From the IMG/VR virus record IMGVR_UViG_3300007513_000015, positions 1 through 64,000 of that record: a stretch of 64,000 bases of DNA; one strand, written 5' to 3'. The notes under the pieces were generated by a model. The model saw only the letters and a program-made list of their open reading frames with translations. It did not search any database and was not told the DNA's origin. Within the stretch, counting starts at the first letter, position 1. Each line of letters begins with the position of its first letter. This document shows, piece by piece, positions 1 through 8,037 of the stretch. The DNA comes from a virus. A program made the position numbers and the translations under genes.

Positions 1-23
1 GTGGTGTTGCTGATTGGAGTAAA

Positions 24-254
24 ATGGATAATCCACCACAAGTAAAGTGGATTGAAGTAGCTACTACAGAAGGATTATCATTAAAGAATTTTAGGGATGG
101 TGGTGAGTTTTTTGGATTTAGTGAGTATGGGGCAGAACTATATACGCCTTGGGATTATATGAATAAAGAAGAATTCGATACTAAACTAAAAACTAAAGAA
201 GAGAAAGAAGAGCATAAAAAAGCAATGGATATGCTTGCTAGTTGTATGGTATAA
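24..254 (+). CDS. hypothetical protein
   Basis: 76-aa ORF with GGAG upstream; no recognisable motif. Confidence 0.5.
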   Translation: MDNPPQVKWIEVATTEGLSLKNFRDGGEFFGFSEYGAELYTPWDYMNKEEFDTKLKTKEEKEEHKKAMDMLASCMV

Positions 255-281
255 TATGATTAAAGTGAACGGAGGGATTTT

Positions 282-782
282 GTGAGTAGAGTGTTTTTCA
301 CTTCAGATTTACATTTTGGACACAAGAATATTCATAATTTCAGAAAGGAATTTGAGTCAGAGATACATCATAGAAAATTTGTAATGGACAATTGGCAGTC
401 CACAATTACCAAACGAGATAAAGTATATGTGCTTGGGGATGCCGCTTTCACAATGGATGGACTCGATTCTATTAAGCAGTTGAATGGTACAAAAATTTTG
501 ATCCGTGGGAATCACGATAATCTAAATACGAGTGTGTATCTGAAAGCGTTTAAAGAAGTTGAGGGTATTGTAAGATATAAACACGCTTGGTTGTCTCACG
601 CTCCAATTCATCCAGAAGAGTTGCGTGGTAAAATCAACATTCACGGGCATACACATTATCATACAATGCCTGAGTTTGAGTATGAAAACGTGTGTCTTGA
701 GCATACAAACTACACCCCGATTTGTTGGGATGATTTAATCGAAAGAAGAAAAGAGAATATAAATGCCACCACATCAAGTTAA
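282..782 (+). CDS. calcineurin-like metallophosphoesterase
   Basis: Motifs SDLHFGH, LGD, RGNHD, HGHTH. Confidence 0.9.
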   Translation: MSRVFFTSDLHFGHKNIHNFRKEFESEIHHRKFVMDNWQSTITKRDKVYVLGDAAFTMDGLDSIKQLNGTKILIRGNHDNLNTSVYLKAFKEVEGIVRYKHAWLSHAPIHPEELRGKINIHGHTHYHTMPEFEYENVCLEHTNYTPICWDDLIERRKENINATTSS

Positions 783-920
783 GATAATCAAAAATTATAA
801 TCTATATCCACCAAAGAATGTTTTTTCAATGACGAAATTAAACAATGAAGAAGTTGGTTATGTAGATATAAATGGTAGTTATATATGTGTTAGTAGAAAA
901 GAATTTGATGGAATAAAAAA

Positions 921-1670
921 ATGAAAACGATTAAAGAAAAATTATATCCTGATATGCCAGAAGCCCTTGAGCCGGGTAAGTGGGCAGAATGGGATGCGGA
1001 ACAAAAGAAGAACACTCCTATCAGATGGTTCTTTGCTGATACTGTACCAGACTTCTTTAATGAGAATTTGGTATGGCCGATTGAACGTAATTATAGAAAA
1101 TTCAAGGCTCGTTGGATTCATAAAGAGTGGATGATTGTTCCCCGTGGACTTGACAAATATGAGTATGTGGAGAATGATACTCTAATGATTCACGCTATGT
1201 TTGAGATTCTTGAGAATTTTGTGATGAACGAGAAATCATATATGTGGCACGTTTTTTCTGATGATATACCTGCACCAAAGAATGATGAAGAGCGTTTTGA
1301 TTATGCTATGAAACATCTTGATTGGGAAATTGCTCTTTGCGGTGAAAATGATTTACAGAATTCTTGGAAATGTGGAAAACAGAGCCAATCGCACGTAGCT
1401 AAAGAAACAAAGGAGCTTTATCTCTGGTGGAAATATGATAGACCAGAACGAACTGATCCATTCGAGAATATGTGGTATCAGAAATATCACGAAATGAGAA
1501 AGGCGCGTGGTTTTGATGAATTCTCACTAAAAAACGATAACACTCCAGCAGAAGAGGAGATATATAAGAAAGCGATGGATTTATCTACAGAACTTGAAAA
1601 TGACTATCGTAAAGAAGATGAGGAAATGATGATCCGTCTTGTTAAAATCGCACCAGGAATGTGGACCTAA
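921..1670 (+). CDS. hypothetical phage protein
   Basis: 249-aa ORF, Trp-rich, no motif assigned. Confidence 0.7.
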   Translation: MKTIKEKLYPDMPEALEPGKWAEWDAEQKKNTPIRWFFADTVPDFFNENLVWPIERNYRKFKARWIHKEWMIVPRGLDKYEYVENDTLMIHAMFEILENFVMNEKSYMWHVFSDDIPAPKNDEERFDYAMKHLDWEIALCGENDLQNSWKCGKQSQSHVAKETKELYLWWKYDRPERTDPFENMWYQKYHEMRKARGFDEFSLKNDNTPAEEEIYKKAMDLSTELENDYRKEDEEMMIRLVKIAPGMWT

Positions 1671-1674
1671 TTAC

Positions 1675-1703
1675 TTGACAAACACCACAACATAGTGTAT
1701 AAT
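1675..1703 (+). promoter_or_regulatory. sigma70-type early promoter
   Basis: TTGACA-N17-TATAAT, perfect consensus. Confidence 0.85.
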
Positions 1704-1710
1704 ACATAGT

Positions 1711-2148
1711 ATGAATGATATTGAAATGTGGGACCATTATTGTCCCGTTGAAAAGACCGTTCTTTCTGTTGAGAAAGGATATGATTGTAATTGGTGTGAT
1801 ACGAAGGAGAGTTATATGAAAGATGAAATGAAAGATGAAATGAGTGATGACGAAAACGAAATGATTCAAATTACTGAAATGATCGAAAATGAAGATGGTT
1901 CTGCTAATCTCACTATTGAATGTGATGATATTGTCATTAGATCCTTGATCCGTGAGGGATTCAGAGAGCTAGTTAGCGAGACTGAAAAAAAAGTTATCAT
2001 TCTACCACCATCAGAACCATTCACAATGAAAGCAAAGACTTATGAGATGAGTGATGATGAGGCACAATTGATGCTCCAGATGGGGTTCATTGCTGTAATT
2101 CAAGCTGGGATGAACAAAGAGGAGGAAGTGTATGGGAGCATTGCGTGA
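1711..2148 (+). CDS. hypothetical acidic protein with N-terminal Cys motifs
   Basis: ORF directly after promoter; HYCP and CNWC motifs. Confidence 0.6.
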   Translation: MNDIEMWDHYCPVEKTVLSVEKGYDCNWCDTKESYMKDEMKDEMSDDENEMIQITEMIENEDGSANLTIECDDIVIRSLIREGFRELVSETEKKVIILPPSEPFTMKAKTYEMSDDEAQLMLQMGFIAVIQAGMNKEEEVYGSIA

Positions 2149-2281
2149 AGCATTCCAAGCATTGGAAGATGCTAAATTGAGAATCATACACTTAGAAATG
2201 GAGCTTAAAGAAACTACAGAAAAGTATGATGCCTTGTGTGAAAAAATTAAAGAAAAAGGGTTGACAAAGGACACCAAATAA
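2132..2281 (+). CDS. small coiled-coil protein (49 aa, not in ORF track)
   Basis: GGAGG RBS then ATG; MGALREAFQALEDAKLRIIHLEMELKETTEKYDALCEKIKEKGLTKDTK. Confidence 0.55.
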   Translation: MGALREAFQALEDAKLRIIHLEMELKETTEKYDALCEKIKEKGLTKDTK

Positions 2282-2289
2282 GCTATAAT
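2261..2289 (+). promoter_or_regulatory. sigma70-type early promoter
   Basis: TTGACA-N17-TATAAT upstream of the HD hydrolase. Confidence 0.85.
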
Positions 2290-2319
2290 ATACGTGTTGA
2301 TTGAGTTTGTAGAGAAATT

Positions 2320-2883
2320 ATGAAATATACTAAAGAAATGATCAAAAAAGCTAGTCTGTTTGCGAGTGAAGCGCACTTAGGACAGTTCAGAAAGGGGGAA
2401 GAAGGGATACCTTATATCGTTCACCCTATTGCTGTTTTTGAAATTCTTCGTAGAAGTGGGGCTTCGGTTGAAGCCCAACTTGCTGGGATTCTCCACGATG
2501 TTGTTGAGGACACTAATCACTCTCTTGAAGATATCTCCTCTCGTTTCGGAACTTCTATCTCGTCTATTGTTGATTTTGTTTCCGAAGAGGATAAATCACT
2601 GAGTTGGAAGAAGCGTAAGATAGCGTATATTGAACGTCTGAAAAAAGCACCGTTTGATGCTGTATTTGTTTCTGCCGCAGACAAACTTCATAACTTACGC
2701 TCAACATTGATCGACTATGAGATTCACGGTGAAGAAGTTTGGTCAATGTTCAACAGTAAGAAAGATGGTCAATTCTGGTTCTATTCTACTCTGATTGACC
2801 TGTTTGAAGAGCGCGGAGTTAAACAATCACTTGTTGAAGAAATGCGTTCGATTGTTGAAGAAATTAAGTTGGAGTATGTATAA
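2320..2883 (+). CDS. stand-alone HD-domain (p)ppGpp hydrolase-like protein (SpoT/MESH1, small alarmone hydrolase type)
   Basis: AHxGQxRK...PYIVHP, LHDVVEDT and ADKLHNLRS motifs; no synthetase domain. Confidence 0.85.
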   Translation: MKYTKEMIKKASLFASEAHLGQFRKGEEGIPYIVHPIAVFEILRRSGASVEAQLAGILHDVVEDTNHSLEDISSRFGTSISSIVDFVSEEDKSLSWKKRKIAYIERLKKAPFDAVFVSAADKLHNLRSTLIDYEIHGEEVWSMFNSKKDGQFWFYSTLIDLFEERGVKQSLVEEMRSIVEEIKLEYV

Positions 2884-2886
2884 ATA
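2879..2886 (+). promoter_or_regulatory. T4-type late promoter upstream of tmRNA
   Basis: TATAAATA immediately 5' of the tmRNA acceptor piece. Confidence 0.6.
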
Positions 2887-2892
2887 GAATAC

Positions 2893-3200
2893 AAAACAGC
2901 GTAAAGTTATTATCGGAGAGATTCAAGACGTGGGTGCAATTCCCACCATCTCCACCAAAAACACATTCGAATGTAGGCTTCAAGCCTTGTGGCAATTGTC
3001 CTAGAGTGTGTTTTTGATGGGGATGACTTAGATTCGATTGGGTTGTCAAAGCTAATAATCGCTCGACCAAATTATACATATTTGTCGTAAAACTGAGTAT
3101 AAATAAATATAACTGCAAACGATAGTTATTACGCTCTAGCGGCCTGATTCGCTAGATGAGGATTTCGATAGGGTTACCTTATTACCAAATAACCCTATCA
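2893..3200 (+). ncRNA. ssrA: circularly permuted (two-piece) tmRNA
   Basis: T-arm GTGGG-TGCAATT-CCCAC plus CATCTCC-ACCA (2930-2957) lies upstream of the 5' acceptor strand GGGGATG (3019-3025), giving G3.U70; tag frame GCA...TGA 3115-3147 = ANDSYYALAA*; helix TCTAGCG/CGCTAGA around the stop; 3' hairpin 3167-3199; ends approximate. Confidence 0.93.
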
Positions 3201-3345
3201 AGAATTAAAAAACCGTAACGGTTCAAGAAACTTTAAATTGTGATGTAAATATTTAACCAGTGATAAGCGTAAGAGTTAATATAATATCATAAATGTTTCT
3301 GAGTTAAGGGGAACCAGCAGATAGTTGAAAAACTAAACCCCCTAT

Positions 3346-3463
3346 CGGAAGTTTACGGTGCTTCCGCCTAATTTGATGAGTAGATGCTTCGGGTCTATGA
3401 ATCGAATATAAAGTGGTACTTAATTAAGGCCACAAATTTTAACTCGCTTAATAGGAGAATATT
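3346..3463 (+). promoter_or_regulatory. ROSE-like RNA thermometer leader of hsp20
   Basis: Consecutive hairpins; the last, CTCGCT-TAAT-AGGAG (3443-3457), pairs U(U/C)GCU with the SD and has a bulged G. Confidence 0.65.
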
Positions 3464-3928
3464 ATGCAAAACAACAGACGCCTCTCGGCCCCCTCAGAAT
3501 TTTTCGGCCCTTGGATGAGTAATTCCCTCGGTCTCGATAATATCTTTGATTCATTGAATCAGTACGATACACCAAATCAAAAGTATCCCCCTTACAATAT
3601 CATAAAAGGCAAAGACCTCTATATGCTGGAGTTTGCTCTTTCTGGATGGAGAATGGAGGAATTATATATTGTTCACGAAAAGAATGTATTGACTGTTGAA
3701 GGTACGAAAACCGAAAAACCATATGATATGGAGGATGTAGAAATTCTACATAAAGGAATCGCGGATCGTTCTTTCACAAATAAGTTTACATTAGGAGATA
3801 ATGTTGAGGTAGTTAGTGCCGATCTTACTGACGGACTTCTATTGATTTATATGAATGTAATTGTTCCAAATGAAGATAAACCTAAAGAAATTCCTATCAC
3901 TAACAATCAACTGTTGCTAGAAGAGTAA
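3464..3928 (+). CDS. hsp20: small heat shock protein (Hsp20/IbpA family)
   Basis: YPPYNI, LHKGIADRSF, ADLTDGLL, P..IPI motifs. Confidence 0.93.
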   Translation: MQNNRRLSAPSEFFGPWMSNSLGLDNIFDSLNQYDTPNQKYPPYNIIKGKDLYMLEFALSGWRMEELYIVHEKNVLTVEGTKTEKPYDMEDVEILHKGIADRSFTNKFTLGDNVEVVSADLTDGLLLIYMNVIVPNEDKPKEIPITNNQLLLEE

Positions 3929-3934
3929 CATTCT

Positions 3935-3960
3935 AGGCTCCCTGATCAGGGAGCCTTTTA
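3935..3960. terminator. intrinsic terminator between convergent genes
   Basis: Palindrome AGGCTCCCTGATCAGGGAGCCT followed by T-run. Confidence 0.8.
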
Positions 3961-4275
3961 TTTAAACGGGTTCCATTTTTTGTCCTTTTCACGGACACAC
4001 ACATATCTATCAGTATTACCTTCTTGTCGGCATCTGAGAAAGATTTCTTCTCCTATAGTTACAACTTCGGGAACAACTATTACCTTTTCAGGTACAGTTT
4101 CAACCACAGGAGGACTAACAGATACACTACTAAGAGTGTTATTGTTTCCATCATTTGGTGCCTTTGAAATTATACTGCTACAAGCAGTTATAGTAGATGC
4201 GACTGCCAAAGCCGCCATTGAATAGAATACCGGTTTATTGAACCAGATATGCTGTTGTTGTGTTTTCTTCATCAT
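3958..4275 (-). CDS. putative lipoprotein
   Basis: Hydrophobic segment ending in lipobox-like ITAC; Pro/Val-rich linker. Confidence 0.55.
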   Translation of the reverse strand: MMKKTQQQHIWFNKPVFYSMAALAVASTITACSSIISKAPNDGNNNTLSSVSVSPPVVETVPEKVIVVPEVVTIGEEIFLRCRQEGNTDRYVCVREKDKKWNPFK

Positions 4276-4358
4276 TTTTCACCTTCTCATTATTATGTGT
4301 TGCGTTGAATCTCAATTCCTTTCTCTCCTTTCTACGCTTCTTTTGTTTTGCTTTCTTC

Positions 4359-4721
4359 TTACTCAAACTTCTTCCCTTTGTTGTGTTTGGCTAACATACA
4401 ATGATACAACTCGTGACCAGTTATAGCCATTTGTTCACGGTCATCCCAAAATTCTGCTTTCTCTATATGTATATAGCAAGTATCTATACTTTCTGAGGAT
4501 ACGGTAAAAGCACGAATACCATTTGAATTACCTAATTCATCGCTAGTAGTTCTCTTATCATATTCCCATTGAAGTGATCTTGGATTATCATAGAAAACCA
4601 TTTCTACAATAAATTTAGTACGTTTGACTTCAACGTTGGCTTGTGGACCATATCTGAATAAATCGAAGTCGTCCAAAGCGTATGCGTTAAACGCCATTAA
4701 TAACAGTATTAATGTTTTCAT
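4359..4721 (-). CDS. signal-peptide protein with HExxH motif (putative metallopeptidase)
   Basis: MKTLILLLMAFNAYA signal; GHELYHC. Confidence 0.6.
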   Translation of the reverse strand: MKTLILLLMAFNAYALDDFDLFRYGPQANVEVKRTKFIVEMVFYDNPRSLQWEYDKRTTSDELGNSNGIRAFTVSSESIDTCYIHIEKAEFWDDREQMAITGHELYHCMLAKHNKGKKFE

Positions 4722-4769
4722 ATTCCTACATAGTTAAAGGATTAACAATTGCTGAAATTTCTACGTCTT

Positions 4770-5294
4770 TCATTTTATTGAAGATTTCCAATCAGCCCCT
4801 ACTTTTCTATGTCCATTCCAAGCAAGAAAACCACCTAATCTCAATGCGTAGTAGGCAAGATAATTAATTGTTCTGAATCCATTTACGGAAATGTTGATAT
4901 CTCTGAATGTCTCATCCATCCACTTCTGATTTCTCAATCCGTTGTTTGTATGTTTGTTTTTATGAAGTAGTGTTTCATACTTGTATCCGTAATCGTGAAC
5001 AAGACCACCAATCAACAAAACTCCCATTGGACTCAACCAACTTCTGAAAAACTTTGGTACAGAAGCACCATCAAAAACAAATCCTTTTGGAATTGTGTAT
5101 TGAATGCCATCAATGCTATAATTGAAATCTTCTGTCAATTCCCATTTACGAGTTTCCATAATCCAAATTTTTACACCACCCCAAAATCCCTTTCCTTTTG
5201 TTGGAATAGAAATTGGTTTCATAACTGGCATACCTTCAATATCAAAAATAATTTCCGAGTTTGCTTCTTGTAAATGTTGTTTGAATGATAACAT
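4770..5294 (-). CDS. DUF1353-family protein
   Basis: IPKGFVFDGASVP and LVHDYGY motifs. Confidence 0.8.
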   Translation of the reverse strand: MLSFKQHLQEANSEIIFDIEGMPVMKPISIPTKGKGFWGGVKIWIMETRKWELTEDFNYSIDGIQYTIPKGFVFDGASVPKFFRSWLSPMGVLLIGGLVHDYGYKYETLLHKNKHTNNGLRNQKWMDETFRDINISVNGFRTINYLAYYALRLGGFLAWNGHRKVGADWKSSIK

Positions 5295-5452
5295 TACATT
5301 TTCTCCGTATTACTCATACAAGTACCATCTGGCATAGCGTGCCATCCTTCACCACAACTAACATCTGTTCCTAGTATCGTCCAGACTAATATCAACGATG
5401 CTAATATAAACGCCGTCAATACTAAAAATGCTACATATTTCATATCATTCAT
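5294..5452 (-). CDS. small single-pass membrane protein (52 aa, not in ORF track)
   Basis: MNDMKYVAFLVLTAFILASLILVWTILGTDVSCGEGWHAMPDGTCMSNTEKM*; stop overlaps next start (TAATG). Confidence 0.65.
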   Translation of the reverse strand: MNDMKYVAFLVLTAFILASLILVWTILGTDVSCGEGWHAMPDGTCMSNTEKM

Positions 5453-5454
5453 AT

Positions 5455-5892
5455 CTATTTCCTATTTACAGCACCCGTTCCAAAGTAGAAACCAAGTACA
5501 TTTAATATCGCATATGGTAACCATTCTGGAGTTACCACCCCTACTAATTCTGTCCACTCATTTGAAGTCCAAGTGAAGTCCAAGAACCATAACTTGAAAC
5601 CGTGTGTTACTTCGTACATTACGTTGGTTGGTTCGTTGAATAGAACTGGAGCAATGAGAATAAATCCTGCCATTAACATAAGTGATGTAACGATAAACTT
5701 TCTCGCCCACTTCGCAGATTTAGTATTATTTTGTTGTGCCCGTTTCCTAGACTGTTCTTCTCCTTTTAGAAGTTTGAGAGTCATCATATTGCGGTCACGC
5801 TCATCTTGTCGAGCATCCGCTTTCATCTTCATATATCCACCTAGTATAGTGGACGCCAACATTGATATCACTTCTAATGGTATTCCAAACAT
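5455..5892 (-). CDS. membrane protein, holin-like (3TM type)
   Basis: Hydrophobic segments, C-terminal LGFYFG plus basic tail; late promoter upstream. Confidence 0.55.
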   Translation of the reverse strand: MFGIPLEVISMLASTILGGYMKMKADARQDERDRNMMTLKLLKGEEQSRKRAQQNNTKSAKWARKFIVTSLMLMAGFILIAPVLFNEPTNVMYEVTHGFKLWFLDFTWTSNEWTELVGVVTPEWLPYAILNVLGFYFGTGAVNRK

Positions 5893-5913
5893 ATATCACC
5901 TCGTATTGTCTAT

Positions 5914-5921
5914 TATTTATA
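5914..5921 (-). promoter_or_regulatory. T4-type late promoter
   Basis: TATAAATA on minus strand upstream of 5892. Confidence 0.7.
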
Positions 5922-5946
5922 AAAATAAAATATTTTCAGAAAAAAC

Positions 5947-5975
5947 TTGACATTTGTTAATAAATAGAGTATAAT
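5947..5975 (+). promoter_or_regulatory. sigma70-type early promoter
   Basis: TTGACA-N17-TATAAT. Confidence 0.85.
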
Positions 5976-6042
5976 ACTCGTGTTTCTTGACTAAAATGGT
6001 CAAGTATTTTGTAAGTGTATTTAAAATAAAGGAGTTATATAT

Positions 6043-6279
6043 ATGCGTAGAAGTGAAAAGAAAAAGAATGGGCCACGTAGGACTATTCAGGTATGGGGCG
6101 TTGTACTAGAAGATGGTACAAAGATTGATGCGGGCGATGTTGATGCCCAAGGACGTGAAATCGTGTCTGTATACAATCTAGGCGGAAAGGATGGACACGG
6201 ATACAAGACTGTATTCAAAGACAATTCATTTGATATCATTGAGGCCAATGTAGTCTCTGCCAATCCGAGGTTCAACTAA
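6043..6279 (+). CDS. hypothetical protein
   Basis: AGGAG RBS, 78 aa. Confidence 0.7.
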   Translation: MRRSEKKKNGPRRTIQVWGVVLEDGTKIDAGDVDAQGREIVSVYNLGGKDGHGYKTVFKDNSFDIIEANVVSANPRFN

Positions 6280-6673
6280 TATGGCCACTTTTGAAGAAGT
6301 AAGTGAGCAGTGGAAAGAGAATTCCTCTGAACCAGTCTGGTGTGAGGATGAATCTTGTCAAATTGCGGTAGCATTAGCAAAGAGGTTCTACAATGAATCC
6401 AGAACAGAAAGAAGCGATACGAAGAGCTGAAATAACAGCCCAGAAGTATCACCAAAAACAACTATCCGAATATGAGGATATTAAACGTATAGCAAGGATG
6501 TATTATGAAACCAGAACAACACAGAGCCATCGCAAAATGGCATATGGAACAAGCAGATAAACACGATAATCAAGAAGGATATTCTTGTGGTTGTCCTGTT
6601 GAGCATCATAAAGCAAAAACAAATGAAGAGATTCTACAGGAGATGGAAGTAGAATAATTAATCATTCCGCAAC

Positions 6674-6700
6674 AGAAAGGGCCCGAAGGGCCCTTTCTTA
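6674..6700 (+). terminator. intrinsic terminator
   Basis: AGAAAGGGCCC-GAA-GGGCCCTTTCT hairpin. Confidence 0.8.
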
Positions 6701-6701
6701 C

Positions 6702-6730
6702 TTGACATTAGCAATAAAATATAGTATAAT
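6702..6730 (+). promoter_or_regulatory. sigma70-type early promoter
   Basis: TTGACA-N17-TATAAT. Confidence 0.85.
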
Positions 6731-6763
6731 ACACTCACCATTTCAACAATAGGAGAAAATGTA

Positions 6764-7039
6764 ATGAGTGTAATGATGCCATCAAATCCAGCTGATCTAA
6801 AGAAAATTGATACAGCACTTCAACAGATTTCAGATTCAATGACTCGAATTGAATCTGAACGTGATCACATCAAAGACGTTGTGGACACTATTCACGATGA
6901 ACAAGGTCTGCCGAAGAGATTAATCCGTCAGCTTGCTAAAGTGTGGCATATGCGTAACTTCGCTGAGGAAGTTACCGCCCAAGAAGATTTCCAGGACGCA
7001 TATGCTGCCCTAACAACAGTTAATAAACAACTAACTTAA
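6764..7039 (+). CDS. dsbA: T4 DsbA-like double-stranded DNA-binding protein
   Basis: ISDSMTRIESERDHIKD...LPKRLIRQLAKVWH...F.EE pattern and size. Confidence 0.7.
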   Translation: MSVMMPSNPADLKKIDTALQQISDSMTRIESERDHIKDVVDTIHDEQGLPKRLIRQLAKVWHMRNFAEEVTAQEDFQDAYAALTTVNKQLT

Positions 7040-7920
7040 CTGATAGCGAACTTCATTAACATTTCCGCACCTGTTGTTGATAAAGGATTTACCACAGATG
7101 CGTATCTGTTAATGATGCCAACTCTTTGTTGGAATGATTCCACGTGAGTTGATGTAACAATCTCTTGCTTATAGTCACCAACAATAATTGAGGATGCACC
7201 TAGAGCAGTCTTATCATTTTCAACAAGACCAACATATGCTGTTGTAGATGCTGAATCTGGATTCACATAGTAAGTTGTCTTACCAAGTTTACTCACAACA
7301 AGACCACTCTTGTTATCTTCTCCACCACCAATATATTGGTTTAGAGTAGAAACTGATGCCGCGAACTTGTATGGAAGAATCACAAATGCATCATATGTGC
7401 GGAAGTTAGGAGTGTTCATTTTCAGAACAAGTTCCTGAACTCGTTGAGTGATTTCAAAAAGATTTGTTTCAGCATTTCCAGCATTCGTAAGTGTCAAAGC
7501 GGTAGTTGAAAGGGAGTTAGTAGAAAGGAAAGTCTCTAAAGCAGTGTTTTCTTCCTTGTCGATAATTCCACGAAGAAGATTTGCCGCAATTTTAATACCA
7601 TTCTCTTGATATTGATTGTGAAGATCCTGTAGAGCCTCAACAGAAATTCCAGTAGAAACAGGAGTGGCAGAGATACCATTTACATTCAATGTTGCCTGAA
7701 CAGTCTCATATGAGTTGGTGGCTCCATTTCTACGAATGTTGATAACTTTACCTGTCGATAACTTCATCGGAACAGTGGATGCAATCGAACGAAGTAGTGA
7801 TGCCGTTGGAAGTTCTTGGAATGCTTTAATAACATTGTTAAAACTAAAGTCTGCTGTACCTATATCAGATGCTTCTGTTGCTTCTTTTAGTCCTTCTGGA
7901 TTTGTGTTTTCAATAGTCAT
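7036..7920 (-). CDS. gp23/gp24-family capsid paralog (vertex-like)
   Basis: SVEALQDL and SFQQRVGIINRYASVVNP resemble gp23 conserved segments; late promoter upstream. Confidence 0.7.
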   Translation of the reverse strand: MTIENTNPEGLKEATEASDIGTADFSFNNVIKAFQELPTASLLRSIASTVPMKLSTGKVINIRRNGATNSYETVQATLNVNGISATPVSTGISVEALQDLHNQYQENGIKIAANLLRGIIDKEENTALETFLSTNSLSTTALTLTNAGNAETNLFEITQRVQELVLKMNTPNFRTYDAFVILPYKFAASVSTLNQYIGGGEDNKSGLVVSKLGKTTYYVNPDSASTTAYVGLVENDKTALGASSIIVGDYKQEIVTSTHVESFQQRVGIINRYASVVNPLSTTGAEMLMKFAIS

Positions 7921-7960
7921 AATGGTAACTTCTTTAAATTTGTTAATATATATACTTGAT

Positions 7961-7968
7961 TATTTATA
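7961..7968 (-). promoter_or_regulatory. T4-type late promoter
   Basis: TATAAATA on minus strand upstream of 7920. Confidence 0.7.
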
Positions 7969-7978
7969 ATACAAAAAC

Positions 7979-8007
7979 TTGACATCCTTTGATTATTAGT
8001 GTATAAT
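7979..8007 (+). promoter_or_regulatory. sigma70-type early promoter
   Basis: TTGACA-N17-TATAAT. Confidence 0.85.
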
Positions 8008-8037
8008 ACTACGTATTGACAATAGAAAGAGAACAAT

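Noticed and set aside
2921-2957. tRNA gene
   Set aside because: Only a T-arm and acceptor 3' strand; no anticodon arm; it is the tmRNA acceptor piece
3098-3105. TATAAATA inside the tmRNA
   Set aside because: Lies in the A/T-rich segment before the resume codon; probably coincidental
2864-3118. 84-aa minus-strand ORF
   Set aside because: Antisense shadow of the tmRNA gene
3370-3410. Hammerhead-like TGATGAG-stem-GAA
   Set aside because: Core reads TTGATGA and GAAT instead of CTGATGA and GAAA, and no stems I/III found; better explained as a leader hairpin
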